A DNA stretch of 64,000 bases from Lysobacterales bacterium (GTDB lineage: Bacteria; Pseudomonadota; Gammaproteobacteria; Xanthomonadales; Rhodanobacteraceae), in the NCBI GenBank assembly GCA_038205505.1, contig JBBRBU010000014.1, positions 8,067-72,066 on the forward strand, written 5' to 3'. Numbering within the stretch: position 1 is the stretch's first letter; every line of letters starts with the position of its first letter. Of the stretch, positions 22,457 through 31,272 are shown piece after piece. The notes under the pieces are model-generated. The model saw only the letters and a list, made by a program, of their open reading frames with translations. It was not told the DNA's origin and searched no databases. The position numbers were made by a program, and so were the translations under genes.

Positions 22457-23167
22457 TTACAGCGCGATCAATTCCAGGCGCATCGCGCGCGCGATCGCCT
22501 GGCGGCGACCGATGACACCGAGCTTGCGCGCGCTGTTGTTCAGATGAAAGATCGCGGTGCGTTCAGCAATACCGAGTTTCTGGCCGATTTCCCAGCTGGT
22601 CTTGCCGTCGGCGGCCCAGCGCAGGCACTCAAGTTCGCGCACAGTCAGATGCACCGGTGCCTGGGATTTGCCTTCCTTGCCAGAAAGGCGATGAACGGCC
22701 TCATGGACAACAGACGCCAGCAACTGCAATTCACCAAGCTGTTGGAGATGCGCGGCAGCAGTGGTCGTATCTGCAGTTGCCACGGTCAGCATGCCGGAGT
22801 GATCCGGGCCATGCGTCGGCAAGCCGATACCGGCATTCAGGCCGAAATCGACGGCTTCGCTGAAAAACCCGGTCAGATAACCTGCGCGGCGAGCCAGAGG
22901 ATCGGCTGCCCATAAGCACGGGGTCAAACGCCGACGACAGTGATTGATGACCGGGTCGATTTCAAAATAACCCTGGCGCCGATAGTGATCCATCCAGTTG
23001 TCCGGATAAGCCACCAACGGGCCTTTGAAGCGCGCCAGCGACGTGCCATCCGCGTAGACCCAATGATTGAAACCCAGATGGTGCAGCCGCTCATCAACCG
23101 ACGCGCGTAGACGTTCCGTCGATGCGCATTGCAGCATCTGCTGAAGGTTTTCCCATGAATCGACCAC
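22457..23167 (-). CDS. LuxR-family quorum-sensing-type regulator (LuxR solo)
   Basis: Autoinducer-binding motifs YPDNWMDHY...IDPV...LW...G and HTH LTVRELECLRWAADGKTSWEIGQKLGIAERT. No luxI nearby. Confidence 0.9.
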   Translation of the reverse strand: MVDSWENLQQMLQCASTERLRASVDERLHHLGFNHWVYADGTSLARFKGPLVAYPDNWMDHYRRQGYFEIDPVINHCRRRLTPCLWAADPLARRAGYLTGFFSEAVDFGLNAGIGLPTHGPDHSGMLTVATADTTTAAAHLQQLGELQLLASVVHEAVHRLSGKEGKSQAPVHLTVRELECLRWAADGKTSWEIGQKLGIAERTAIFHLNNSARKLGVIGRRQAIARAMRLELIAL

Positions 23168-23277
23168 GCGACGCCCCCCTTTGCTTCAGAAACCGTGGTA
23201 GCCGACGACCCTGTCCGCCACCTTCATGCCCGACCCTAAAAGGACTGGCATACTGGTTAGCTTGCACCGGAGGAAGC

Positions 23278-25122
23278 ATGAAAGCCAATTACCTGTTTGT
23301 ATTATCCGCGATTTGCGTCACATTCGGCAGCGCCAGGGCCGAAGTGGATCCTCATAGCTATTCCGAGCCGAGCAAGGTTGCGGTGACCGCTGTCGCGCTC
23401 GACCTTGCCGTGGATTTCGACCAGAAAGCGCTCGTTGGCAGTGCTGAGCTGGCGCTGAAGTGGCACGATCAGGCCGCCACGGAGCTCGTTCTCGACACCC
23501 GAGACCTGAACATCGAGTCGATCGAGTCGGTCGCAGCGGATGGCCAGGCGCGCAAGCTCGACTACCACCTCGATGAGCGCGACCCGATCTTCGGGTCGGC
23601 TCTGCACATCAAAATGGAAAAACGGGCGCCGCGGCTGAGAATCACCTACCGCACCTCGCCAAAGGCCTCGGGACTGCAGTGGATGACGCCGGCGCAGACC
23701 GCCAGCGGCAAGCATCCGTTCATGTTCTCGCAGTCGCAGGCAATCCATGCACGCAGTTGGGTTCCGCTGCAGGACACGCCATCGGTGCGCTTCACTTATA
23801 CGGCCCATATTCGCGCGCCAAAATCCCTGCGCGTGGTCATGAGTGCCGACAACGATCTTGATCACCCGCTCGATGGCGACTATCGGTTCAGCATGAAGCA
23901 ACCGATTCCCTCGTACCTGCTCGCGCTGAGTGTCGGCGAACTGTCAGTGCGTTCGACCGGTCCACGGACGGCGGTGTATGCAGAGCCGTCGGTGGTCGCC
24001 AAGGCGGCGAAAGAGTTTGAAGACACCGAGGCGATGATCAAGGCGGCCGAAAAACTCTACGGCCCGTATCGCTGGGAACGCTATGACCTCCTCGTCCTGC
24101 CGGCGAGCTTTCCGTTCGGCGGCATGGAAAATCCGAGGCTGACGTTTGCCACGCCAACCGTCATCGCCGGCGACAAGTCCCTGGTCGGGCTGATCGCGCA
24201 CGAGCTCGCGCATTCGTGGTCGGGAAATTTGGTCACCAATGCCAGCGCGGAGCACATGTGGCTCAACGAGGGTTTCACGACCTATGTCGAGAATCGCATC
24301 GTCGAGTCGGTCTACGGCAAGGAAATCGCGACCATGCAGTTGGTCGTCGATGACCAGGAATTGCGCAAGGACATGCTGGACATGAAGCCGCGCGAGCAGT
24401 TGCTGGTCACCAACCTCGAAGGCATCGATCCAGACGACGGCCTCTCCGGCGTGCCGTACGACAAGGGCCGCTGGTTTCTGCGTTTCCTCGAGTCGCGCTA
24501 TGGCCGTGATGCGTTCGATCCTTTCCTGCGCAGCTATTTTGACCACTTCGCATTCCAGAGCATCACCACTCCGGACTTCCTCAACTACTACAGCGAACAT
24601 CTGGAAAAGAAGTATCCCGGCAAGGTCAGCGCTGCAGAGATGGACGCGTGGCTGCATCAGCCCGGCATCCCGGCAAGTGCACCGATCCCGCACTCCGCGC
24701 GTTTCGATGTCGTCGACAAGGCTGCGGCGGAATTTTTCGCAGGCAAGCTCGCGGCAAAGGATCTTCCGGCGAAGGATTGGGTGACCTATGAATGGCTGCG
24801 TTTTCTCAATGCCTTGCCTGCCAAGCCGACTCATGCGCAGATGAAGGCGCTCGACACGGCCTGGAAGCTGACCGGCACCGGCAACGGCGAGATCGCCTTC
24901 CGCTGGTATGTCGCCACCGTGCGTGCTGGCTATACCGAAGCGCGTCCGGCGATTGCGGCCTTCATCGAGCGCATCGGCCGCCGCAAGCTGGTCATGCCGA
25001 TTTACGAGGAGCTGGCCAAGTCCGACGAAGGCAAGGCATTTGCAATCGATGTCTATCGCACGGCCCGGCCTGGCTACCATCCGATGACTCAGGGCAGCGT
25101 CGACAAGGCGCTGGGTCTGTAG
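23278..25122 (+). CDS. Secreted M1-family zinc aminopeptidase (leukotriene A4 hydrolase-like)
   Basis: Signal peptide, GGMEN and HELAH-x18-E (WLNEG). SD ggagg. Confidence 0.93.
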   Translation: MKANYLFVLSAICVTFGSARAEVDPHSYSEPSKVAVTAVALDLAVDFDQKALVGSAELALKWHDQAATELVLDTRDLNIESIESVAADGQARKLDYHLDERDPIFGSALHIKMEKRAPRLRITYRTSPKASGLQWMTPAQTASGKHPFMFSQSQAIHARSWVPLQDTPSVRFTYTAHIRAPKSLRVVMSADNDLDHPLDGDYRFSMKQPIPSYLLALSVGELSVRSTGPRTAVYAEPSVVAKAAKEFEDTEAMIKAAEKLYGPYRWERYDLLVLPASFPFGGMENPRLTFATPTVIAGDKSLVGLIAHELAHSWSGNLVTNASAEHMWLNEGFTTYVENRIVESVYGKEIATMQLVVDDQELRKDMLDMKPREQLLVTNLEGIDPDDGLSGVPYDKGRWFLRFLESRYGRDAFDPFLRSYFDHFAFQSITTPDFLNYYSEHLEKKYPGKVSAAEMDAWLHQPGIPASAPIPHSARFDVVDKAAAEFFAGKLAAKDLPAKDWVTYEWLRFLNALPAKPTHAQMKALDTAWKLTGTGNGEIAFRWYVATVRAGYTEARPAIAAFIERIGRRKLVMPIYEELAKSDEGKAFAIDVYRTARPGYHPMTQGSVDKALGL

Positions 25123-25146
25123 GCTGAAAATTCACTTGGGCGAAGC

Positions 25147-25174
25147 CGAAGCAAGGGCCCGATGCCCTTGCTTC
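25147..25174 (+). terminator. Hairpin after the M1 peptidase gene, probable terminator
   Basis: 12-bp stem cgaagcaagggc/gcccttgcttcg with a weak U-tract. Confidence 0.5.
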
Positions 25175-25296
25175 GTTCCTCAGTGGCGCGCAACGCGGCT
25201 CGCGCGCCCGGCGAACGACGACCGTGCCAACAAGGAGGTTGCCAGCCAGTTGCGCTGGTGACACGCTTGATCGCTACTGCTGATCGAGACACATCG

Positions 25297-26634
25297 ATGA
25301 AGATCCTGCTTTTTTGCTGCGCCTTTTTTGCCGCCATACCGTCGCTTCTGGCCAGCGAGATTCTGTCGGTACGCGAACAGGCGCGCGTTATCGATGAGAT
25401 CCTTGCCGAGCGTCTCGATACGATTTTGCCTGCGCTGATGCAGCGCAACAAAATCGACATGTGGATCATCGTCTCGCGTGAATACAACGAGGATCCGGTG
25501 CTGCGCACGATGCTGCCGGCGACCTGGCTTAATGCACGCCGGCGCACGATTCTGGTCTTCTCGCGCGGCACGGAAGACAAGTTTGAAAAGCTCGCAGTCG
25601 CGCGCTACAACGTCGGCGAGCGCATCACCGCGGCCTGGGACATGCAACGCTTCCCGCAGCAATGGGAGGCGCTGGCGGACATCGTCACGTCTCGTGATCC
25701 GAAAACCATCGCCATCGATACTTCGGCTGATTTCGCCCACGCCGATGGTCTGGTCAAGACCGATCATGACGAATTGATGCAGGCGCTACCTGAGCGTTTT
25801 CGCTCGCGCATTGTCTCCGCGCAGGATCTCGCGGTTGGCTGGCTCGAAACGCGCAGTGCTCGCGAGATGCAGATTTATCCTCAACTGGTACGCACCACCC
25901 ATGCGCTGATCGCCGAAGCATTTTCGGAAAAGGTGATCACCCCCGGCATCACCACCAGCGACGATGTGGTCTGGTGGTTGCGCCAACAAACCAGCGATCT
26001 CGGCCTCGATACCTGGTTCCATCCGAGCGTCTCGATCCAGCGCGCTGACGGCGATGCCTTCGATCACCTGAAGAGTTTCATCGATCACCCGGGGGCTGAG
26101 ATCATCCGAGAAGGTGATCTGCTGCATGTGGATTTCGGCATCACCTATCTGCGCCTGAATACCGATGTGCAGGAACACGCCTATGTCTTGCGTCCCGGCG
26201 AAACGGATGTGCCGCCGGGAATCGCCAAGGCCATGACCACGGCCAATCGCCTGCAGGACATCCTGACCGGTCAATTTGCTGTTGGGAAAACCGGCAACCG
26301 GATTCTCGCCGGTGCGCTCGCCGAGGCGAACAAGGAAGGAATCCGAGCCACGATCTACACGCATCCGCTGGGCAGTCATGGCCATGCCGCCGGCCCGACC
26401 ATCGGCATGTGGGATCAGCAGGGAGGTGTTCCCGGGAGCGGCGATTTCCCGATGCACGCCAACACGGTTTACTCGATCGAACTGAATGCCGCCTCGGATA
26501 TCCCGGAGTGGAAAAAGGAAGTCCGCATAATGCTCGAGCAGGATGGCGGCTTCGACGGCAGCACCTTTCGCTACCTCGATGGACGCCAGAAGGCGATCCA
26601 TCTCATTCCGCGAGGCGCCCGCTCAGCCGACTGA
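25297..26634 (+). CDS. Secreted M24-family (Xaa-Pro-type) metallopeptidase
   Basis: Signal peptide, HVDFG...TDVQ, HPLGSHGH and SIE motifs of the pita-bread fold. Confidence 0.85.
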   Translation: MKILLFCCAFFAAIPSLLASEILSVREQARVIDEILAERLDTILPALMQRNKIDMWIIVSREYNEDPVLRTMLPATWLNARRRTILVFSRGTEDKFEKLAVARYNVGERITAAWDMQRFPQQWEALADIVTSRDPKTIAIDTSADFAHADGLVKTDHDELMQALPERFRSRIVSAQDLAVGWLETRSAREMQIYPQLVRTTHALIAEAFSEKVITPGITTSDDVVWWLRQQTSDLGLDTWFHPSVSIQRADGDAFDHLKSFIDHPGAEIIREGDLLHVDFGITYLRLNTDVQEHAYVLRPGETDVPPGIAKAMTTANRLQDILTGQFAVGKTGNRILAGALAEANKEGIRATIYTHPLGSHGHAAGPTIGMWDQQGGVPGSGDFPMHANTVYSIELNAASDIPEWKKEVRIMLEQDGGFDGSTFRYLDGRQKAIHLIPRGARSAD

Positions 26635-26895
26635 GCCAATCGCACCCGCCGTTAAAACCCAGGGTGTACAGCATGCTGCAGGCCGGCAAGCTGCGGGGCG
26701 GAACGGCTTGCGGCGAGACTGTCGGGCAGGTCAGGCGCGATCGGTTTGCAATCCTTGAAATCGCCTCGGGTCTGCGGCCCACTTCGACCTGCGGTGGCTT
26801 CAGTCACCTTCTCATGGGCGACGTTATTACGGCGCTCGTGCCAATTGGCGTATGGTATTGCGGGACAGCAGCACAAAAGGTCTGCAGGGGGCTCA

Positions 26896-27615
26896 ATGTT
26901 TCGGATCCTGATCGCCAACAGCAAGGGTGGATGCGGCAAGACCACGCTGACCACGAATCTGGCCGCGCATTTCGCCAACAGCGGAAAAAAAACCGCGTTA
27001 TTCGACTGCGATCCGCAAGGTTCGTCGTTGGCCTGGTGCCAGCATCGGCCCGCGCATCTTGCCGCGATCAACGGGGTCGCAGGCAACGATCCCGCACACG
27101 GGCTCGCGCCTGGCTGGGTGTTGCGTATTCCACCGACAACAGAAGTTCTGTTGATCGATACCCCGGCCGGGTTGCGTGCTCACGAGTTCGATCAGTTCGC
27201 CCGGCATGCCGATGCGCTGATCGTTCCGGTGGTGCCCTCGTCGATTGACCTGCGCGCGACGCTCGGCTTCATCGACATGGTGCGCAAACGCGAGGAGGTG
27301 CGCAAGGGACGCCTGCGCCTGGCCATGATTGCCAACCGTCTGCGCGCCAATACGGTGTCGGCGAGGCAACTGGATTCGGCGTTGGGACGCGTCACGGCTG
27401 CAGCGATGATTCGCGTCAGGGATTCGCAGGTCTACGTCGGCATGGCCGAGCGCGGACACAGCGTCTTCGACAGCGCGACCAAGGCGGTGCTTGCACATCG
27501 AGACGACTGGACGCCGCTGCTCAAGTGGCTGGACTGGTGCGCTGGGGAGTCCGCCCAGCGCAGCAAGATCACGCCGTTGCCGCTTGCCGGTGCGAACTGG
27601 ATGCTCAAGCGCTAG
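26896..27615 (+). CDS. ParA/MinD-like ATPase (orphan)
   Basis: Deviant Walker A NSKGGCGKTT, DCDPQGS and IDTPAG. No parB adjacent. Confidence 0.88.
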   Translation: MFRILIANSKGGCGKTTLTTNLAAHFANSGKKTALFDCDPQGSSLAWCQHRPAHLAAINGVAGNDPAHGLAPGWVLRIPPTTEVLLIDTPAGLRAHEFDQFARHADALIVPVVPSSIDLRATLGFIDMVRKREEVRKGRLRLAMIANRLRANTVSARQLDSALGRVTAAAMIRVRDSQVYVGMAERGHSVFDSATKAVLAHRDDWTPLLKWLDWCAGESAQRSKITPLPLAGANWMLKR

Positions 27616-27634
27616 TTCAGCTGCCAACGTGGCC

Positions 27635-28042
27635 ATGTCGATGCTCGAAGTACTCGCTCTCGCGGTCATTGTCGCGGCCAGTCTCTACTTGATTGTGCTC
27701 GGAGTGTCAGCGTTGATCGTCCCTGCGCAGGCCAGCCGATTTCTGCTTGGGTTCGCCGGCTCCTTGAAGGTCCATCTTGTCGAGCTGTCCGTGCGAATGG
27801 TCGTGGGTTTGGCGCTGCTGATCTACGCTCAGCAGATGTTCGCTCCGGAAGTATTCGAACTGCTCGGCTGGATGCTGATCGCCACCACCGCCTTGCTTGT
27901 CGTTCTTCCGTGGCGCTGGCATCGTCAATTCGCCGAGCTGGCCGTTCCTCGCGCCGTTCGCTACATGTCCCTGATCGGCCCAAGCTCGCTCATTTTCGGC
28001 GCGCTCATCCTGGCGGCGGTCATTCGTGGCAGCGCCAGTTGA
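27635..28042 (+). CDS. Hypothetical 4-TM membrane protein
   Basis: ~135-aa ORF with four hydrophobic segments, 19 bp after parA. Confidence 0.7.
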   Translation: MSMLEVLALAVIVAASLYLIVLGVSALIVPAQASRFLLGFAGSLKVHLVELSVRMVVGLALLIYAQQMFAPEVFELLGWMLIATTALLVVLPWRWHRQFAELAVPRAVRYMSLIGPSSLIFGALILAAVIRGSAS

Positions 28043-28258
28043 TGATGCGACGACGTGGCGCTCGTCGGAGGTGATGCCCGGTTCTTTTGCGATACGCCAC
28101 CCATGACTGTCGGCCATGGTGAAGGAGCTCAATGTTGAGTAACCTGCGTGCCGATTCGGATTACGCCGTTGCGGCGCATTTTTTCTTCGGTAGATTGGCG
28201 CCACTCCGCATCGGCTGGAGATGGCCCGGTTTGGTTTGGTTCCAGGGGAATCGTTCTG

Positions 28259-31090
28259 GTGAATCAATTGATCTTGCGCAAGCACTGGCTCTTGCGGAGC
28301 CTTGCTGCTGTCGTGATGGCAGCCAATGTCGCCGCGTTGGCTGATAACGACGACGAGGGCCGCGACGAAAGCTGGCAGATCGAGCAGCGCCAGCTTTGGT
28401 TCGTCGAATCGAGGGGGCTGCTCGAACACCCCGAAGCCTCACGTCTTCGCGCAGATGCGGTCGGGGAGCTGAAGCGCCAGCGTGAATGGCTGGATCCCGC
28501 GCGTGTCGCCAGCGGCGAAGTATGGGAGGAGCTCGGCCCCTCATCGATGAACATGGTCGATTGGGCCATGGGCCGCGTGGCCGGACGTCTCAACGCGATC
28601 GCGCCGCTACCGGGCAACGATGCAACGGTCTATGTCGGTGCGGCGGCAGGCGGCGTCTGGAAGACCACGAACGCCGGACTGAGCTGGGCACCGATCTTCG
28701 ACCAAGTTGGCACCCTGCCGATCGGCGCGATCACGATCGATGCGGCCACGCCGGACATGATCTGGGTGGGTACCGGTGACAAGAACAGCAGCTGTGGCGA
28801 CTACTTCGGCCAAGGTGTGTTCCTCAGTGAAGACGCCGGCGCGACCTGGAGCCCACGCAATGGCAGCGCGCCGACTGCAATGCCGTTGTCGATCGTCAAC
28901 GCAGTGGCAATCCAGCCCACCGACAGCAACGTGATTCTGGTTGGCGGTGCCGGCAGCTGCAGCAGCAGTGGAAATCTGTCAGGGGCCGGCGTCTGGCGCT
29001 CGGTCGACAGGGGCCTGAACTGGGCCAAGGTGCTCGGCAACAACGTCGAGGACATCGTGTTTGTCCCCGGAACATCGACGGTCTACGCGGGCCTGATCGG
29101 TCCTGGTGTGCAGAAATCCACTGACGGCGGTGCGACCTGGGCCGCGGCGAATAGCGGACTCAATATCACCGGCTCGCGACTGCGCCTCGCGATGGCGCCG
29201 AGCAACAGCAACATCCTTTACGTACTCGCGGGCTCAAAATTGTTCCGCAGCGATGATGGCGGCTCAAACTGGGTGCAGAAGAACGGCTCGGCTTGCGAGG
29301 GCCAGTGCAGTTACAACCAGGCCATCAGTGTGCATCCGACCAATTCGGACACCCTGCTTGTCGGCACCATCCGTGTGGCCCGCTCCATCAACGCCGGCGC
29401 CACGATCACGCCGCTGGTCAGCGGCTGGGGCAGCGCGCAGAAAGTGCATCAGGACACTCATGTCGTGCGCTATTCCCTCAGCAATCCGGATCGACTCTGG
29501 ATTGGCAGCGATGGCGGCATCTGGCGCAGTGACGACAGTGCGGCTACGTTCCGCAACATGAACGCGAATATCAATATCACCCAGTTCTATGACGTTGCAG
29601 TGGATCCGAACGACGCCAACATCGTCTTTGGTGGCGCCCAGGACAACAGCTCCTCGGGTCGTCGTACCAACCTGTTATGGAATCTGACCTACGCCAGTGG
29701 CGACGGTTTCATGAACGCGTTTGACCAGAACGATCCGAATATCGTTTTCCAGACCAGCTATCCGAATGGAAGCCGACCGAGCATCGTGCGCTCGGTGGTC
29801 GGCGGATCGCCGGGCAGCTTCAGTGGCGTTTCGAATACCGGAATAGCGTCAGGACCATTCGAGTGGGTCACGCCGCTGGCCACGGCGGGCAGCCAGCTAT
29901 TCGTCGCTTCAGACGTGCTCTACCGCCGAAGTACCGGCAGTGGCAGTTGGGCGGCGATCAGCGGTTCTCTCGGCAGCGCAGCCGTGGTCATCACGCCGCA
30001 GGCGCTCGGTACCCTGACGCCGACCTGCATTGGCACCAGGAACGGAAAGATCTGGGCAAGCCCCGATGCCGGTATCCCGTCGCCGGTTTTCATTGATGTC
30101 ACCGGCGACTATCCGGGCGGGCGCGTCTCCGATGTGGCGATGGATCCGGCGGACCCGCGAATTGTCTTTGTCACCCGTGGCGATTTTGGTGCATCGCGCC
30201 TGTATCGCTCGACGACCGGTGGCGGAACATGGGCGGCTGTTGGTGCAGGTTTGCCAAACGTGCCGGCAAATTCGGTGGCGATCGATCCGCTCGACAGTAC
30301 AAGAATCTTTGTCGCCACCGATGTCGGCATCTACGAAAGCACCGATAGCGGTGACAATTTTGTCGCGTTCTCTGCGGGTTTGCCGCTTGGCATTGTCGTC
30401 TCCGATCTGGAAATCGACGACTACCCGCATGTTCTCACCGCCGCCAGCTACAGTCGCGGCGCGTGGCGCGTCCTGCTCGCCGGCAGTGTCGGCAATGCGC
30501 CACCGACCGCTGATTTCAATGTGGTCGCCAATGGCCTCGACGCGACCTTCACCGATGCCTCGATCGATATTGACGGCAGCATTGTCGATCTCGTCTGGGA
30601 TTTCGGTGACGGCAGTGAAACGTCAATTGAGGCAAGTCCGATGCATGCCTATCCGGCGCCCGGGAACTACACGGCAAGCGTGACCGTTACTGACAACGGT
30701 GGCCTGAGTGCCAGCTACGGCAGGATCGTGCGCTTCTCGGCACCGCCAGTCGCGCTCGTCAACGGGGTTGCCATGACCAACCAGGTCGCGTCCCAGGGCG
30801 ACGACGTCTACTACACCCTGCAAGTGCCATCGAACGCAGTCAGCCTGCATTTCGAAACAAGCAGCCCGGTCGGCGGAGCCGATGCCGACCTGAAGGTCGA
30901 GTTCAATGGAGAAGTACTCTGCCAGTCGGCAGGCGCATCCTCATCCGAGCAATGCAATTTCCCGACGCCGGCAGCAGGCACCTACACGGCTATCGTCAAT
31001 GCCTATACGGCGCTGTCCAACTTCACGATACTCGGCAGCTTCACGGCACCGGCCGATGCGATCTTTGCCGATGGATTCGAAAATCCCTGA
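28259..31090 (+). CDS. Secreted BNR/Asp-box beta-propeller protein with PKD and PPC-like domains; C-terminal DAIFADGFE
   Basis: About 9 Asp-boxes (e.g. KSTDGGATW, RSDDGGSNW), PKD motif WDFGDG...HAY and a PPC-like tail. GTG start with SD agggg. Confidence 0.85.
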   Translation: MNQLILRKHWLLRSLAAVVMAANVAALADNDDEGRDESWQIEQRQLWFVESRGLLEHPEASRLRADAVGELKRQREWLDPARVASGEVWEELGPSSMNMVDWAMGRVAGRLNAIAPLPGNDATVYVGAAAGGVWKTTNAGLSWAPIFDQVGTLPIGAITIDAATPDMIWVGTGDKNSSCGDYFGQGVFLSEDAGATWSPRNGSAPTAMPLSIVNAVAIQPTDSNVILVGGAGSCSSSGNLSGAGVWRSVDRGLNWAKVLGNNVEDIVFVPGTSTVYAGLIGPGVQKSTDGGATWAAANSGLNITGSRLRLAMAPSNSNILYVLAGSKLFRSDDGGSNWVQKNGSACEGQCSYNQAISVHPTNSDTLLVGTIRVARSINAGATITPLVSGWGSAQKVHQDTHVVRYSLSNPDRLWIGSDGGIWRSDDSAATFRNMNANINITQFYDVAVDPNDANIVFGGAQDNSSSGRRTNLLWNLTYASGDGFMNAFDQNDPNIVFQTSYPNGSRPSIVRSVVGGSPGSFSGVSNTGIASGPFEWVTPLATAGSQLFVASDVLYRRSTGSGSWAAISGSLGSAAVVITPQALGTLTPTCIGTRNGKIWASPDAGIPSPVFIDVTGDYPGGRVSDVAMDPADPRIVFVTRGDFGASRLYRSTTGGGTWAAVGAGLPNVPANSVAIDPLDSTRIFVATDVGIYESTDSGDNFVAFSAGLPLGIVVSDLEIDDYPHVLTAASYSRGAWRVLLAGSVGNAPPTADFNVVANGLDATFTDASIDIDGSIVDLVWDFGDGSETSIEASPMHAYPAPGNYTASVTVTDNGGLSASYGRIVRFSAPPVALVNGVAMTNQVASQGDDVYYTLQVPSNAVSLHFETSSPVGGADADLKVEFNGEVLCQSAGASSSEQCNFPTPAAGTYTAIVNAYTALSNFTILGSFTAPADAIFADGFENP

Positions 31091-31174
31091 AGCCCTTTGC
31101 TGTCGAAGGAAGAAATTCGCGGCAATCATCTGAAGCAAAAATCAATCCGCCGCCTACTCAAGCCACGACTTGAC

Positions 31175-31220
31175 GCGTCGATGGCAGGGTTTTCCGCCGC
31201 ACTACGAATGACCCCATGAA
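31175..31220 (+). promoter_or_regulatory. Putative ECF-type promoter motif TGGCAGGG-N15-CGAATGAC (copy 1)
   Basis: Two blocks identical to those at 33839-33869, with the same 15-nt spacer length but a diverged spacer sequence. Confidence 0.55.
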
Positions 31221-31272
31221 GCGCCCTGATCCGCATGCTCGCGGTTCGGCGACCAACCGGGAGTCACTCAGC

